A stretch of 63,551 nt of DNA, counting the filler, from Octopus bimaculoides (lineage: Eukaryota), in the NCBI RefSeq assembly GCF_001194135.2. It is 14 parts of 13 records of this genome, joined end to end, with 100 filler letters (N's around TTAATTAATTAA, not from the genome) between each part and the next. Parts side by side here need not be neighbours in the genome. Positions count along the whole stretch, not along the records: positions 49,628 to 52,951 come from NC_068984.1; positions 53,052 to 54,793 come from NW_026352837.1; positions 54,894 to 62,041 come from NC_069000.1; positions 62,142 to 63,551 come from NW_026370019.1; 10 more parts are not named here. One strand, 5' to 3'. Numbering within the stretch: the stretch's first letter is position 1; every line of letters starts with the position of its first letter. This document shows, piece by piece, positions 51,430-63,551 of this stretch. The translations under genes and the position numbers were made by a program. The notes under the pieces were generated by a model. That model had not been told where the DNA came from. It did no database searches and saw only the letters and a program-made list of their open reading frames with translations.

Positions 51430-54113
51430 CCTCTCTAATAAAGATACCCACGCGCACTCAAACACAATGCTCTAAAGTCACACAACCGAAATAAAACTCC
51501 CCATCAGACAACTAACAAATAAGTAAACCATAGACTAACAGAAAAGTGGAAAATATTTGTATCCAACAAAAACCGCAAAAGTAGCAACAAAACAAAATAA
51601 CAAGTAATTTACAATATAGACAATAGCAACAGTAACAACAACATCAACAACAACAATATGTTCAAACTGCAACACTAAGCAAACACATTGAACCGACATT
51701 TTTCGAAAATCAGTCACCAAAAAAACTACTCAACGAAAACAAGAATACAAAACTAAAGATGCTCAACTTCCACCGCGTTCCTTTCTTGTTTAACTGCTAT
51801 CAGACTTTCAAAAAGCAATAAAGATATGTAAAATCTCAAAAGCTCAGGTGGGTAAGTGTATGTGCGTGTATGTATGTGTGCATGTATATGTGTGCATGTA
51901 TATGTGTGCATGTATATGTGCGCATGTATATATCTTTGTATTTTTCTGTGTGCGTATAATCTGATACTTATTAGTTAAGTTTGTGTCACTTGACAACGTG
52001 TCAAGTGGTCATAATAGAAGAGGAGGCCAAAAATTCCCGTATCATCACGAGTGTATCAATCATAAAACAATGATGTCGCCACAATCCCCAGATTGTAAAC
52101 TCTCCTTGCGTCTCTTAACCAGAGAAACTATTCCATTTCCAGAGAAAATAGTGCATAGTTTAAAACAATGGCATGGAATAATTTATTTAAGGACCTTCTC
52201 AATTACACCATGCAAAATCTGCTTAGGATTCGATGTTTTACTCAATAAATAGGATGATTACATGGAAAATGCCCATAGGCGCAGCAGTGGCTGCGTGATA
52301 AGTAGATTGTAACTCTTAATAATTATATTAATACCGTTAATGTAGGGATTAGTTTATAGGTTTTGTCTCTTTATATATATTTTTATTTCTCATGTTTATG
52401 TTTATTCCTTGAATGATTTTAGGTATTTTTTTTAGGAATTTGACCTGAAGAGTGACTGATTTTGGGAGTAAAACTATTTCCCCGTTCTAATGAACTTGGA
52501 TAGAATTTGCTTATGATTTTATATAGTCCTATTTCAACCATGAAATGCGCGTAGTCTATATACTAACACTGACTTTTATACATTTATACATTCACACATT
52601 ATATTATTGTATTAATTTTTACTGTCCTATTTATAACTTATTTGATTTTTAAATTAATATTTTTATGATGAGTGCTTCTTTATTTATATTATATATTATT
52701 AAAATTATTAAAATTTTAGATTAAAATCTTAGATAAATATTGATATGGTATATGCCTCACAGCATGGTTTTGAACGGGTTCTTGGTTGACTGAGTTGTAG
52801 AGTGTTGGTTTCGTCTCTAAATTAGTTATATACATATATATTATATATTACGAAACCCGGTGTAATATTATACCGATTTTTACCTGTAAGGTTGGAATAA
52901 GTTTTATTGGCGAATATTATTACTACATATATATATATATATATATATATANNNNNNNNNNNNNNNNNNNNNNNNNNNNNNNNNNNNNNNNNNNNTTAAT
53001 TAATTAANNNNNNNNNNNNNNNNNNNNNNNNNNNNNNNNNNNNNNNNNNNNTAGGATTTCAAAATCAAAAGGGGATCCGTAAGATTTCAATTGATATAAA
53101 TGGAAGCACTGCCCAACTCCAAAGTGAGATCTTGTACGCTTAAAATAAGTCCCGCAAAGTTATGATTTCAAAGCATCATCGACCAAATGAAAGTTTTGAG
53201 AGGAATTTATTTGGAAATGTCACAATATATAAATAAACTTAATATTTATAGCTTTTAATTGATATCTCCTGCAGGTTTTAATAACAAGTATAGAGATAAG
53301 TCAAAATAAAGTTGAAAAGCGGTTGGAATTTATCTTGTAAATCAAAGCATTATCCGTTGAACGACCATCAACTGTTTAATGGCTTTTGTGACGACAATAA
53401 CGGTAAGATGAGATTTGCAAAGGACGTCCGCGTTTCTAGTTTCTTTATCATGCGGTCTATTACGTAAATACTACGACAATAACCAATATTAGAAACACTT
53501 TACTGCTTAATTAAGTGAACCTATTTAACTCTAATTATTTCTGTTGTGGCTAATATTTAGTGATCTCTGTTGGGGTTCCGTTATAGCAGGTATATATTAT
53601 ATTAGATTATATTAGAGGAAAAATCAAAACCAAGGCAGAACGAGTATCTCAAGTCATTTAGAATAATTTAATTAGGGTAAGGTGAATTTGAAGTCATACA
53701 GCCGTTTCTGGGATAACCCAAGTGGTAGGTTAGCATGTCCGTGAACTGGGTTTGCCGTCATTAGGGACAAGGTATGTGTATTTTAGACGGGGGAAATTCA
53801 TAGTATACAAAGAATAAAATTCACATTTTACAAGGGATAAAATAAATGAATAAAGGAGTAAAATAGAAGAATAAAGAGTAAAAGTAGTTAGAAGAATATA
53901 GGCAGGAGAATAATGTTCACAACTCATCTTTTTCCAAAGGATATGGATGTTCGTCGGTACTTCCATGAAGGTACAAGTTTTTAGTTAAACTCCCAGATAA
54001 ATCCTGGCAGTATTTTAGTAGTGTTCTGAATGATGTATTGGTGTATTCATATTGTAAATATGTATATAGAGGTAGAAAGTATGATGGACATAAATGGCTT
54101 TTGTGAGTGGGTG

Positions 54114-54149
<36 letters not shown>

Positions 54150-54743
54150 AAGGATTAGAAAATAAGATAGTGGCAAAAGGGTAAAAAATAAGAATAAAAT
54201 AAAATATAAAATAAAGGGAAAAGTAATGGCAGATATATCATAAATGGGTTTTGTGAGTGAGTGTGTATGGAAGAGAGGGGAAAGAGAGAAAGGGAATGAA
54301 AATAAAATAAGATAGAGGTAACAGGGTAAAAAATAATTTTAAAAATAAATAAAAGTAAAGGTAATAATATAGATATGCCAGTATTGTATGGGGGGTTAGA
54401 GGTCAAACGATAAAGTTTCAGTAGAGTTGGATAGAAGGCCAAGCAAGGTAAGGTAATAAGGACAATATTTTACAGCAGATATTTAAAATCTTGTTTCAAG
54501 CTTAATAGCCATTAAATGATATGAGATAAAATTGAAAATTAAAATTTAAAACTTAAACTTAAAATTACAAATTGAGGAAACTAAAATCTAAAAAAACAAT
54601 AAAAATTCAAAATTATTCAGTTGAAATTAGCTAGTTTCTAAGATAGTTATATTGATAGAAAGGCAGGGGAAAAGAAGAGAGTGTACACTCACACACATAC
54701 ACGCACACACACACATATGTATATACATACAAATACACATACG

Positions 54744-54793
<50 letters not shown>

Positions 54794-55419
54794 NNNNNNN
54801 NNNNNNNNNNNNNNNNNNNNNNNNNNNNNNNNNNNNNTTAATTAATTAANNNNNNNNNNNNNNNNNNNNNNNNNNNNNNNNNNNNNNNNNNNNAAATTTC
54901 CACTTATTTCTTTTTTATTTTTCTAAAATTTTTGTTGCGTCTGGCAACCTTTTCAATTCGGCCCCTACCTGTTCTGTTATTTACACTGCGTTCCTTTCTG
55001 TTTGTTTGTGCGCTTGTGTGTGGATCAGTGTGTGTGAGTGTATGCCTATACATGCATGCATGTATACATGTGTGCATGTGTGTGTATGCTTGTATGTGTG
55101 TATGTGTGCATATGTATCTATTTACGTGTGTACATTTGTGTTTATGTATTCTGCACATTCATGTGTTTGCATGTCTGTGTTTGTGTGTTTAAATGTATGT
55201 GTGCACGTGTGCATATGTGTGTGTGTATATATGGTCATGTGTTTCAGTCTTCATTTGCGTATGTGTGCTTGTTTGTTCATATAACTTATGTAACTATCCG
55301 TCTACATGTTGTTCTGTTTACTTTCATATCCATATGCTTACATACATGTGCATATACATATATATATATTCATACGCCCACCCACACACACATACATACA
55401 TATGTGTGTGTGTATGTAT

Positions 55420-55570
55420 ATCATCATCATCATCATCATCTTTTAACGTCCGCTTTCCATGCTAGCATGGGTTGGACGATTTGACTGAGGACTGGTGAAG
55501 CCAGATGGCTACACCAGGCTCCAATCTGATTTGGCAGAGTTTCTACAGCCGGATGCCCTTCCTAACGCCA
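55420..55570 (-). mobile_element. RTE 3' tail fragment
   Basis: catcatcatc..ttaacgtccgctttccatgctagcatgggttggacgatttgactgagg. Confidence 0.85.
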
Positions 55571-55585
55571 TATATATATATATAT

Positions 55586-55631
<46 letters not shown>

Positions 55632-56484
55632 GTACGTTACGTTTTTGGTCCCCCCCGAGACTATAGATAGGACTTGCTTTCTATATTGTATCTATGTACA
55701 AGCTTTTTATCTCCCTATACTTTTTACTTATATTTCTTATGTATTTTTTATACTTTTTTACATATTTATAGAGATATTGTTTTATAGACTTATTGCTCAT
55801 ATAATTTTTACACATATTTTTTCCTGTATTCTACATTCCACCCTGCATTTTTCCTGTGTGTATATAGACATGTACATGGAACCCTTTGTGTGCATTTTTG
55901 GATGTGTGCGGGTACATGCCTATATAGACGTGTGTGTGTGCGTGCATGTGAGAATGTGTGTATATAGACGTCTTTTACCCTTATTGCTTTTTTACACATT
56001 TTTCTGTATTTTGCCTTTAGCCTTGTTTTTTCTTGTGCCTGTGCGTATATAGACGTGTGTATGAACCCTTTTTGCACACGTGTTTATGCGTGTGAGCGTA
56101 TTGTACACGTGTGTGTGTGTGTGTGCAAGCGTGTATGCGGGCATGTATATATTTTTTGGCAAATGTCTGGGTGAGCATGTGTGTGTTTCAAGTGAGGGTG
56201 GATGAGTATATACATATAGGTGCATGTATGTGGGTGTGTGGGTGCACATGTGTATGTATGGACTGGTGCGCTTACTATGGACATTTTTACTCCCTTATCT
56301 TTACTCACTTAGCAGTCATTCTCATAGCTCTTTTGTCTTAATAACAGTCAATCACACAGTAATTTCCCTTTGTTTAACGGTCATTTTCATAGCATTTTTT
56401 CGATGGCCAGATAACTGAAGAGATGACAGCATGGGTTTCCACCCCGACATCCAAAACTCAGAGTTTTATCATGGTATGTATATA

Positions 56485-57744
56485 TCAGGTCATTAAAAAT
56501 GAAATATCCCACTTTCTTATGCACCAAGTTTGACAGTTGTTAACTCTAATGTTTTATCCTGACAATTCTTTCTTTTACAACATTGAAGAGTTACATCATC
56601 ACTTTTTGAAATGCAATTCATGGTGTCTGATTATATTGTGAGTTTTCTCTTGTAAATCAATTTTTGTGAACCCATGGATAGATAAAAAATTCCTCTTGTT
56701 CATGAATATGTGTTCCCTCATGGGACCCAATGCAAACCAGAGGTGTTCGGTGAAGATGTGGTGAATGAGCACACTGTATGTTGGTAGTTTGAGAAGTTCC
56801 GGTCTGGTGACTTTACTCTTGAAAATCAGCCCCGTGGTAGACATGAGACCAAGGTGGATAATGATGAGCTGGTAACTGTAGTGGAAATGGATACATCTCA
56901 AACTATGTGTGAGTTAGCAGCAAAGTTTGATGTTTTGATTCCAACTGTATTGGACCATCTGAAAGAAATCAGCAAGGTAAAGAAACTAGACATGTGGGTA
57001 CCACACGAACTGAATGAGCATTAAATGACATGTCAACTTGAAACTTTCTGTTCTTTGCTGTCATGACATAAAAGCAAACCATTTTTGCATCATATTGTTA
57101 CATGTGATGAAAAAGGGGTTCTTTCTAATAATAGCAAGCATTCTGAACAGTGGTTGGATAGAGACAAAGTGCCAAAACACAATCCAAAAAAGAATATTCA
57201 CCAAAAAAAGCTAATAGTGTCTGCCTGGTAGTCTAGCACTGGTGTCATCCACTACAGCTTCATGGGGCCTGGTAAGTCAATTACAGCAGATGTATACATC
57301 AATCAACTGGATGAAATGAGTGAACTTGTAATTTTAAACAATCAAATTTGGTCAATAAAGACAGGTTAATTCTCTTGCAAGATGATGCTCAACCACATGT
57401 TGCACAAAGAGTGCTACTCAAGTTGCAGGAACTGAACTTGGAAGTGCTCTGTCATCCACTATATTCACCAAACATTGCACCAACTGACTATCACATTTTC
57501 CAGGCATTAAACAACTTTTTTGCAAGGAACTTCAACTCGGAAGATGCAAAAACAGCCTTTCATCATTTTATCACCTCTTACTCTGTTTAATTCTTCACTG
57601 CCGGCATAAATAAGCTACCAATAAAATGGTGAAATTGCAGTTGATAATTTAGGTGCATACTTTGATTAACTGCATTGCTTTTTGTTGAGATAAGGTAAAA
57701 TAAACTTTCAGTTCAAAATCGGACATTTCATTCTTAATGATTGA
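56485..57744 (+). mobile_element. Full-length decayed mariner (DD34D) transposon
   Basis: About 1.26 kb with TIRs tcaggtcattaaaaatgaaatatcc / ggacatttcattcttaatgattga and TA flanks. Motifs WVPHEL, IVTCDEK, LLQDDAQPH and HPLYSPNIAPTDYHIF, with 34 residues between the last two D. Multiple stops and frameshifts. Confidence 0.92.
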
Positions 57745-57869
57745 TAAATATATATATACATACATACACACACACAACCTGTTGGGGCAAGTGAAATCGA
57801 AATCGAAATTGAACTAAATTTGTAGGAACACTAAACTCAGCTTGCGAAGACCTGTTGGGGCAAGCGAAA

Positions 57870-58266
57870 GCAAAATCGTAATGGCACTTGTACCAGCGGA
57901 ACACTAAGAGCACCATTCGAGTGTGATCGTTGCCAGAGCAGCTGACTGACTTCCATGCCAATGGCACGTAAATAGTACCAGCGTGATCGTTGCCAACGTC
58001 GCCTTCCTGGCACTTGTACCAGTGGTATGTGAAAAGACATTCGAGCGAGATCGTTGCCAGTGCCGCTGGACTGGCTCCTGTGCAGGTGGCACGTAAAATA
58101 CACCATTTTGAGTGTGACCGTTGCCAGTACCACCTGACTGGCCTTCGTGCCAGTGGCACGTAAAAGCACCTGCTACACTCTCAGAGTGGTTGGCATTAGG
58201 AAGAGCATCCAGCTGTAGAAACTCTGCCAAATCAGATTGGAGCCTGGTGTAGCCACCTGGTCCACC
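57870..58266 (+). mobile_element. RTE 3' UTR fragment with internal subrepeats
   Basis: gatcgttgccag repeats and the tail ggttggcattaggaagagcatccagctgtagaaactctgcc; ends at a gap. Confidence 0.8.
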
Positions 58267-60313
58267 NNNNNNNNNNNNNNNNNNNNNNNNNNNNNNNNNN
58301 NNNNNNNNNNNNNNNNNNNNNNNNNNNNNNNNNNNNNNNNNNNNNNNNNNNNNNNNNNNNNNNNNNNNNNNNNNNNNNNNNNNNNNNNNNNNNNNNNNNN
58401 NNNNNNNNNNNNNNNNNNNNNNNNNNNNNNNNNNNNNNNNNNNNNNNNNNNNNNNNNNNNNNNNNNNNNNNNNNNNNNNNNNNNNNNNNNNNNNNNNNNN
58501 NNNNNNNNNNNNNNNNNNNNNNNNNNNNNNNNNNNNNNNNNNNNNNNNNNNNNNNNNNNNNNNNNNNNNNNNNNNNNNNNNNNNNNNNTGTGAAAAGGTT
58601 GAATTATATTTCATTCTTTACTTTGGAAGGTTCCAAAAAACGATTTCTAATAAAGATTCTTCATATTTTGCTGGTAGCTTACTGGTATAATATTTTTGCG
58701 AATATGAAAATATTACATGTATATGGTGTGTTATGAGAAATTATGGAAAGGTATCCCTTAGAAACTCAACAAATATGTTAAAGATGTTAAGATTTGAAAG
58801 AATTTTAATACATGCATACAGTCGTTTCAGACAGTGATATTAACATGTAAATAACATGGTAGAATAATTAAAATTAATTTGATTAAATTAAATTAATTAC
58901 ATATCACTGTTCTCCTCAGTGCAAGAAGTATACAACAACAAAAAATATTATTATTACAGAAAACTTGATGAAGGAAATAGCAGATAACAAATTTGGATAT
59001 ACATATTTTATCCTTATGAAAAATTGAGAGCATACTAAAGAATGTTGTTGAGTCTAGTTGTGTATAAACTAAATCAGATGCAGCTCATGGTTATTTGAAA
59101 ATATGAGTGAAAAATGTTTCAGAGACGTTCCCTCTATTGAAGAATAAGTAGATAAGTAATTCAAACTCCAAATAAGTCATTTATCAAAGGAAGTTTAATA
59201 GAGATGTCCAATGGAAAGGCATAGTTATGTTTGAATTAGGATATGATTTGACAGTTATAAGTAATATTAAGTATGGTGAGTATTTAAAAGTAGTTTTTTG
59301 TGTGAGAATGAAATTAAACTAGTGAATGCAGTTATATAGTAGGCTGCTAGAATGCAACGAGAATAAGAGTTTGTAGAAATACTTCAATAGCGACATATAA
59401 TGGAAATTTGTTAGTGTAAGAACTTCTATTCATTTGTGTGTATTAAAATATAAGTTAAAAAGATAAAAATAGGAAAAATAGTTGTTAATATTACAGAATT
59501 AAGATAGTAAATACTTGCTGTGGCTAAAAATATTTAAAGAAACGTCCAGAGGTATAATAGATATTGTAAGACTGAAAATTAACAATGTAGGGGAGATAAA
59601 GCTGGAACAAGGTAGTAATTTTTTTTTAAATTATAATTTTCGATATGTAATAGGTTAACTATGTTTGTTTATAAATAAAAATGTGAGTTAAGAATCTAGC
59701 TCGGTATAAAGTGAGATGGAAGTATATAGTAATGTTATATAAGTAATGAGTGTTAAACAAATATAAGGTTATTGTGTATTGTGAATATAAGAAAAAAATA
59801 TTTATTTATTTATTGAGTAGTGGGTGCACAGAAGTATACTGAAACATATGAAAATAATTCATATATAAAAATCTTATAAAAGAAAATAATTTTATAGTGT
59901 ATACTGATTCATTTGCAGAAAACATATCTGTGAAATAGTATACATGGATTTATGTATTGTAACTGTTTTTCAAATTGTTTTATTTGAGGGTGTATATGAA
60001 AGAGAGGACACCGTAGTGCAAAGATAGGGACAAAAAAGGGCCAGCCGAATATAGATATAATTATAAATTATAATTACCCACACATATAAAAAGATGCTAT
60101 TATATACAAATATATATACATATATATCTATTTATATGTATGTCTATATAGTAGTGTATATATATACATATGTATAAGTGTGTTTGTGAGTGTGGGACAT
60201 ATGTATATGTGCACCCGTTTTATTAAAGAAATACAAATTGGTGATAACATATAGTTAATAAGCACACAATAGTAATAATAATAATAATGATAATAATAAT
60301 AATAATAATGATG

Positions 60314-60376
<63 letters not shown>

Positions 60377-60899
60377 TAAATAAAATAGATGTACACACAC
60401 AATGACAAATAAAAAAAAATGATATCTACAAATGTGCACATTGTTGTAGGCAAGTTGGACACCAAGAAATATTATATGTGTTTGCATATATCAGTTGTAA
60501 GAAGTAATTAAATATCAGGTCGATTGGCAAGAAACATTAAGCAATATTAATTGGAATAGGTAAAGCGGGGGGATGGGGTAGTACATATTATGCAAATTAA
60601 ATAAATTGCAAAAAAGAATGGTATATTATATACTAAGAAAAGATATAAGATTATATTGAGAGAAAGGGTGGTGTATGGAGATTTGGAGAAGTTGTTAACC
60701 CAATATAAGGTGGGTCATATAATTATAAGAGAGGATAGTTAAATAATAAATATATATCCATATAGTGTAAGATAAATTGATGTACAGAGTATTTGATGAT
60801 TAATAATCTAATACCATAGAAAGGGTTAATATATAGAGAGAGATATTTTTAGAAAATAGAGATATTAGAAAGAAAGGGAAAATGATATTAAAATTAAAG

Positions 60900-61600
60900 T
60901 GGGAGGAATATTATTTAAGATTACTAAAAAGGAATTTGGACATGTGTTTATGTGAAAAAACTTTTCATCCCTAGTATTAACAAGGAGACCATTCATTCTC
61001 ATTATATTATAACTTTCTTCCAGACATAACCTACAAATTTTGTTATTATACTTATAAGATGGAGCTGAAGATAGGATTTTCCAAGATGTTGAGTAATATA
61101 TACTGTTTCTTTTGAGTTAGCAAACTTTTTTAGATAGACCTATGCTATTCTCTTTTCTAGGGTCATTAAAGAAAGATTTATGATTATTTATTCTTAATTT
61201 TATAGAATTCTTTGTACAACCGATGTATACATATTTTGAGGAATTATGGGTAATAATGGTTGTTTGGTATACTACTTCTTGTTTTCTTTATTATAGTAGT
61301 GGGTTATGTTTTGGGGGTCATCTATTCTAACATATGATATTGGTTTCTTTTTTTCTATATTATTTCTATCTATATTAATATGATTTCTGTGGTTATGTGT
61401 ATTATTGGAAGGATTAGATACTTAATTTAATATTTGTATCCTACCTTCTTAAGTGCTAGATTATAGTAGTTTTTATGTTTGTTAAAAATTTCTTCGTTAG
61501 ATGATAATAGATTAATTCTTCTTTCTATGTTAGTGGTCAGGTTTTTTTATAATGTTATAAGGATGGTTACTTTGGGCATTTGTGTATGTGATATTATTGC
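60900..61600 (-). mobile_element. Naiad-type PLE fragment (RT thumb plus GIY-YIG)
   Basis: NITYTNAQSNHPYNIIKNLTTNIERRINLLSSNEEIFNK..YNLALKKVGY; YVYIGCT..LRINNHKSFF..ENSIGLSK; YSTSWKIL..KICRLCLEE..LVNTRDE. Confidence 0.85.
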
Positions 61601-61607
61601 TAGGTTT

Positions 61608-61912
61608 AAAACCTAACCATAATATCACATACATAAATGCCCCCCTACTTTAAGAATAAATAATCATAAATCTTCCTTTAGTGACCCTAGAAAAGAGAAT
61701 AGCACAGGTCTATCTAAAAAAAAATTGACAACTCAACAGAAACAAAATAGATTACTCAATATCTTGGAAAATCCTATCTTATAGATATAATAGCAAAATT
61801 TGTAGGTTATGTCTGGGAGATATAATATAATGAGAATGAATGGTCTCCTTTTAATACTAGGGATGAAAAAGTTTTTTCACGTAAACACATGTCTAAATTC
61901 CTTTCTAAAAAT
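61608..61912 (+). mobile_element. Inverted, internally deleted second copy of the same PLE
   Basis: KPNHNITYINA joined directly to LRINNHKSSFSDPRKENSTGLSK..YSISWKIL..KICRLCLG. 61650-61904 is the reverse complement of 60928-61197. Confidence 0.85.
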
Positions 61913-63231
61913 ATTTTCAAAATATTTTTATGTAATTTTGGTAAATATATCTGTTAAAATGAGATGTCAGTGTTATTTTCATTTTTGCGTAATTTAGATG
62001 ACAATATATTAACTGTACTCTGTATATATATATATATATATNNNNNNNNNNNNNNNNNNNNNNNNNNNNNNNNNNNNNNNNNNNNTTAATTAATTAANNN
62101 NNNNNNNNNNNNNNNNNNNNNNNNNNNNNNNNNNNNNNNNNATACACACACATACATATATATACACATACATACACATACCCAGATACATTCATATATT
62201 TATACATATAAAAATACCCATATACAAATATGCACCCATACATATTCACAAATACACTCATATGAATATATAAAGAAATTTATGCATAAATATATCTGTG
62301 CATAAAAATATACATACACCCAATTAAGCATACGCATATGCATATCTATATATTTTATATATATAATAGCAATAAAAGTAAAGATAAAAATAAAAATAAA
62401 AATACATATATGTACACAAAAATCTATACAAACACGTCTAGTTTCATACAAAAACATGGATATATATACACACACATACACACACTCTCCCACAGATACA
62501 CGTTTATATATTAACACTTATACACGTATACTCATACACACATATATATTTTGTATGTAATTGTTGTTACATGAATTTATATAGAAATTCATACGTAGTT
62601 AATATACTCCCTAGAACGTATGAATAACTGTCTATGTGTGGTAATTATTAATAATGTAGAGGGATATTTAACTGAAGGTGGTTCATATATAAGTGAATGA
62701 GATGATAAATGAATGAAAATTAATAAATGAATTAAAGAATAATAAAGTTAATGGGTTGTCTNNNNNNNNNNGATGATAAATGAATGAAAATTAATAAATG
62801 AATTAAAGAATAATAAAGTTAATGGGTTGTCTATTAATCTACATGAAATGATTACTTTATATGCTAGACAAGTTGGGCTGAATTAGGGGTTGGAAGAGTA
62901 AATCTTGCTTAAGAAGACAAAGTCAAAAATATGAATAAGGTTTACTACAGCAATTCCATAACATATTTGTTAATGTAAAGGTTTTATCGAGTATATTATG
63001 GGTGAATTTTACTATACATAAACCAAAAATAATGCGCTTTTTTATGTTCAAAGATTTTATATCTTCTAATTTAGGTTAATAAATAAAGAATGTTTAGATA
63101 AACTATGTCAATCGTAAACAATTTTAATCTCCTAACATATGAGGGAGTTAATAACATGTTTTACTAGAACTATTTGATGAACTCATATATTACGGGTTAA
63201 TTTGATAGCGTTCTATAAAAACAGTGATTGT

Positions 63232-63551
63232 TATTTAAATGCTGAAAATACATGTTGTTGCCAATGTTTACATCTGTAAGAATTTTCTATGAATGTGTTT
63301 ACCAGTTTATTCTTTGAAAATAAAATAAAGTAGAGTTCGCTAATACATAAGGAGCAGAATTTTCCACCCTTTTCATATGGCCTAGAAATAGAAAGAATTA
63401 GCCAGTCTAGTTTAAATTTAACGTTATTATCTTTTAGTTCCCAAATAAGTTTGCTAAGGCCCGTGGTATTACGTTCGTTTCTATCTCTAAATGTCGAGAA
63501 CTGATTAGAAATTCTGGTGGATAATGGTGAAGAGGAAGATCCAACATAAAA
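63232..63551 (-). mobile_element. Naiad-type PLE GIY-YIG C-terminus (runs off the window)
   Basis: YVGSS..TRISNQFSTFRDRNERNTTGLSKLIWELKDNN; after a frameshift, RPYEKGGKFCSLCISELYFILF..LVNT..RCKH. Confidence 0.8.

Noticed and set aside
59125-59165. gagg-aacg-tctc-tgaaac stem on the minus strand resembling a hammerhead stem II
   Set aside because: No CTGANGA core and no stem I pairing.
62701-62832. 61-bp exact duplication
   Set aside because: Flanks a 10-N gap; assembly overlap artefact.

Overview
AT-rich, repeat-saturated animal genomic scaffold with many N gaps. It is inferred to be a coleoid cephalopod, probably Octopus, from the tRNA-derived SINE families, RTE tails and microsatellite load. 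Host-gene pieces: (1) two phase-compatible minus-strand exons (25090-25249, 23690-23884) whose product resembles the pre-SAM region of kazrin/liprin-gamma; (2) a very large plus-strand low-complexity exon (about 37131-41649, one gap) with an EH1/Groucho-binding motif (SFLISDILS) and a strong splice donor, suggesting a homeobox-type repressor whose homeodomain exon is not in the window; (3) a candidate minus-strand first exon (ATG at 14654). The rest is mobile DNA: Helitron helicase, DD37D and DD34D Tc1/mariner relics, CR1-type, RTE and R4/Dong LINE fragments, three to four Naiad-type Penelope-like elements (two with head-to-head inversions) and many SINEs. The most notable non-annotated feature is a minimal type I hammerhead ribozyme (859-903) inside a 352-bp direct-repeat-bounded module with a terminal hairpin, resembling a retrozyme or non-autonomous Penelope element. 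All motif and family calls were made by eye; no database searches were run.
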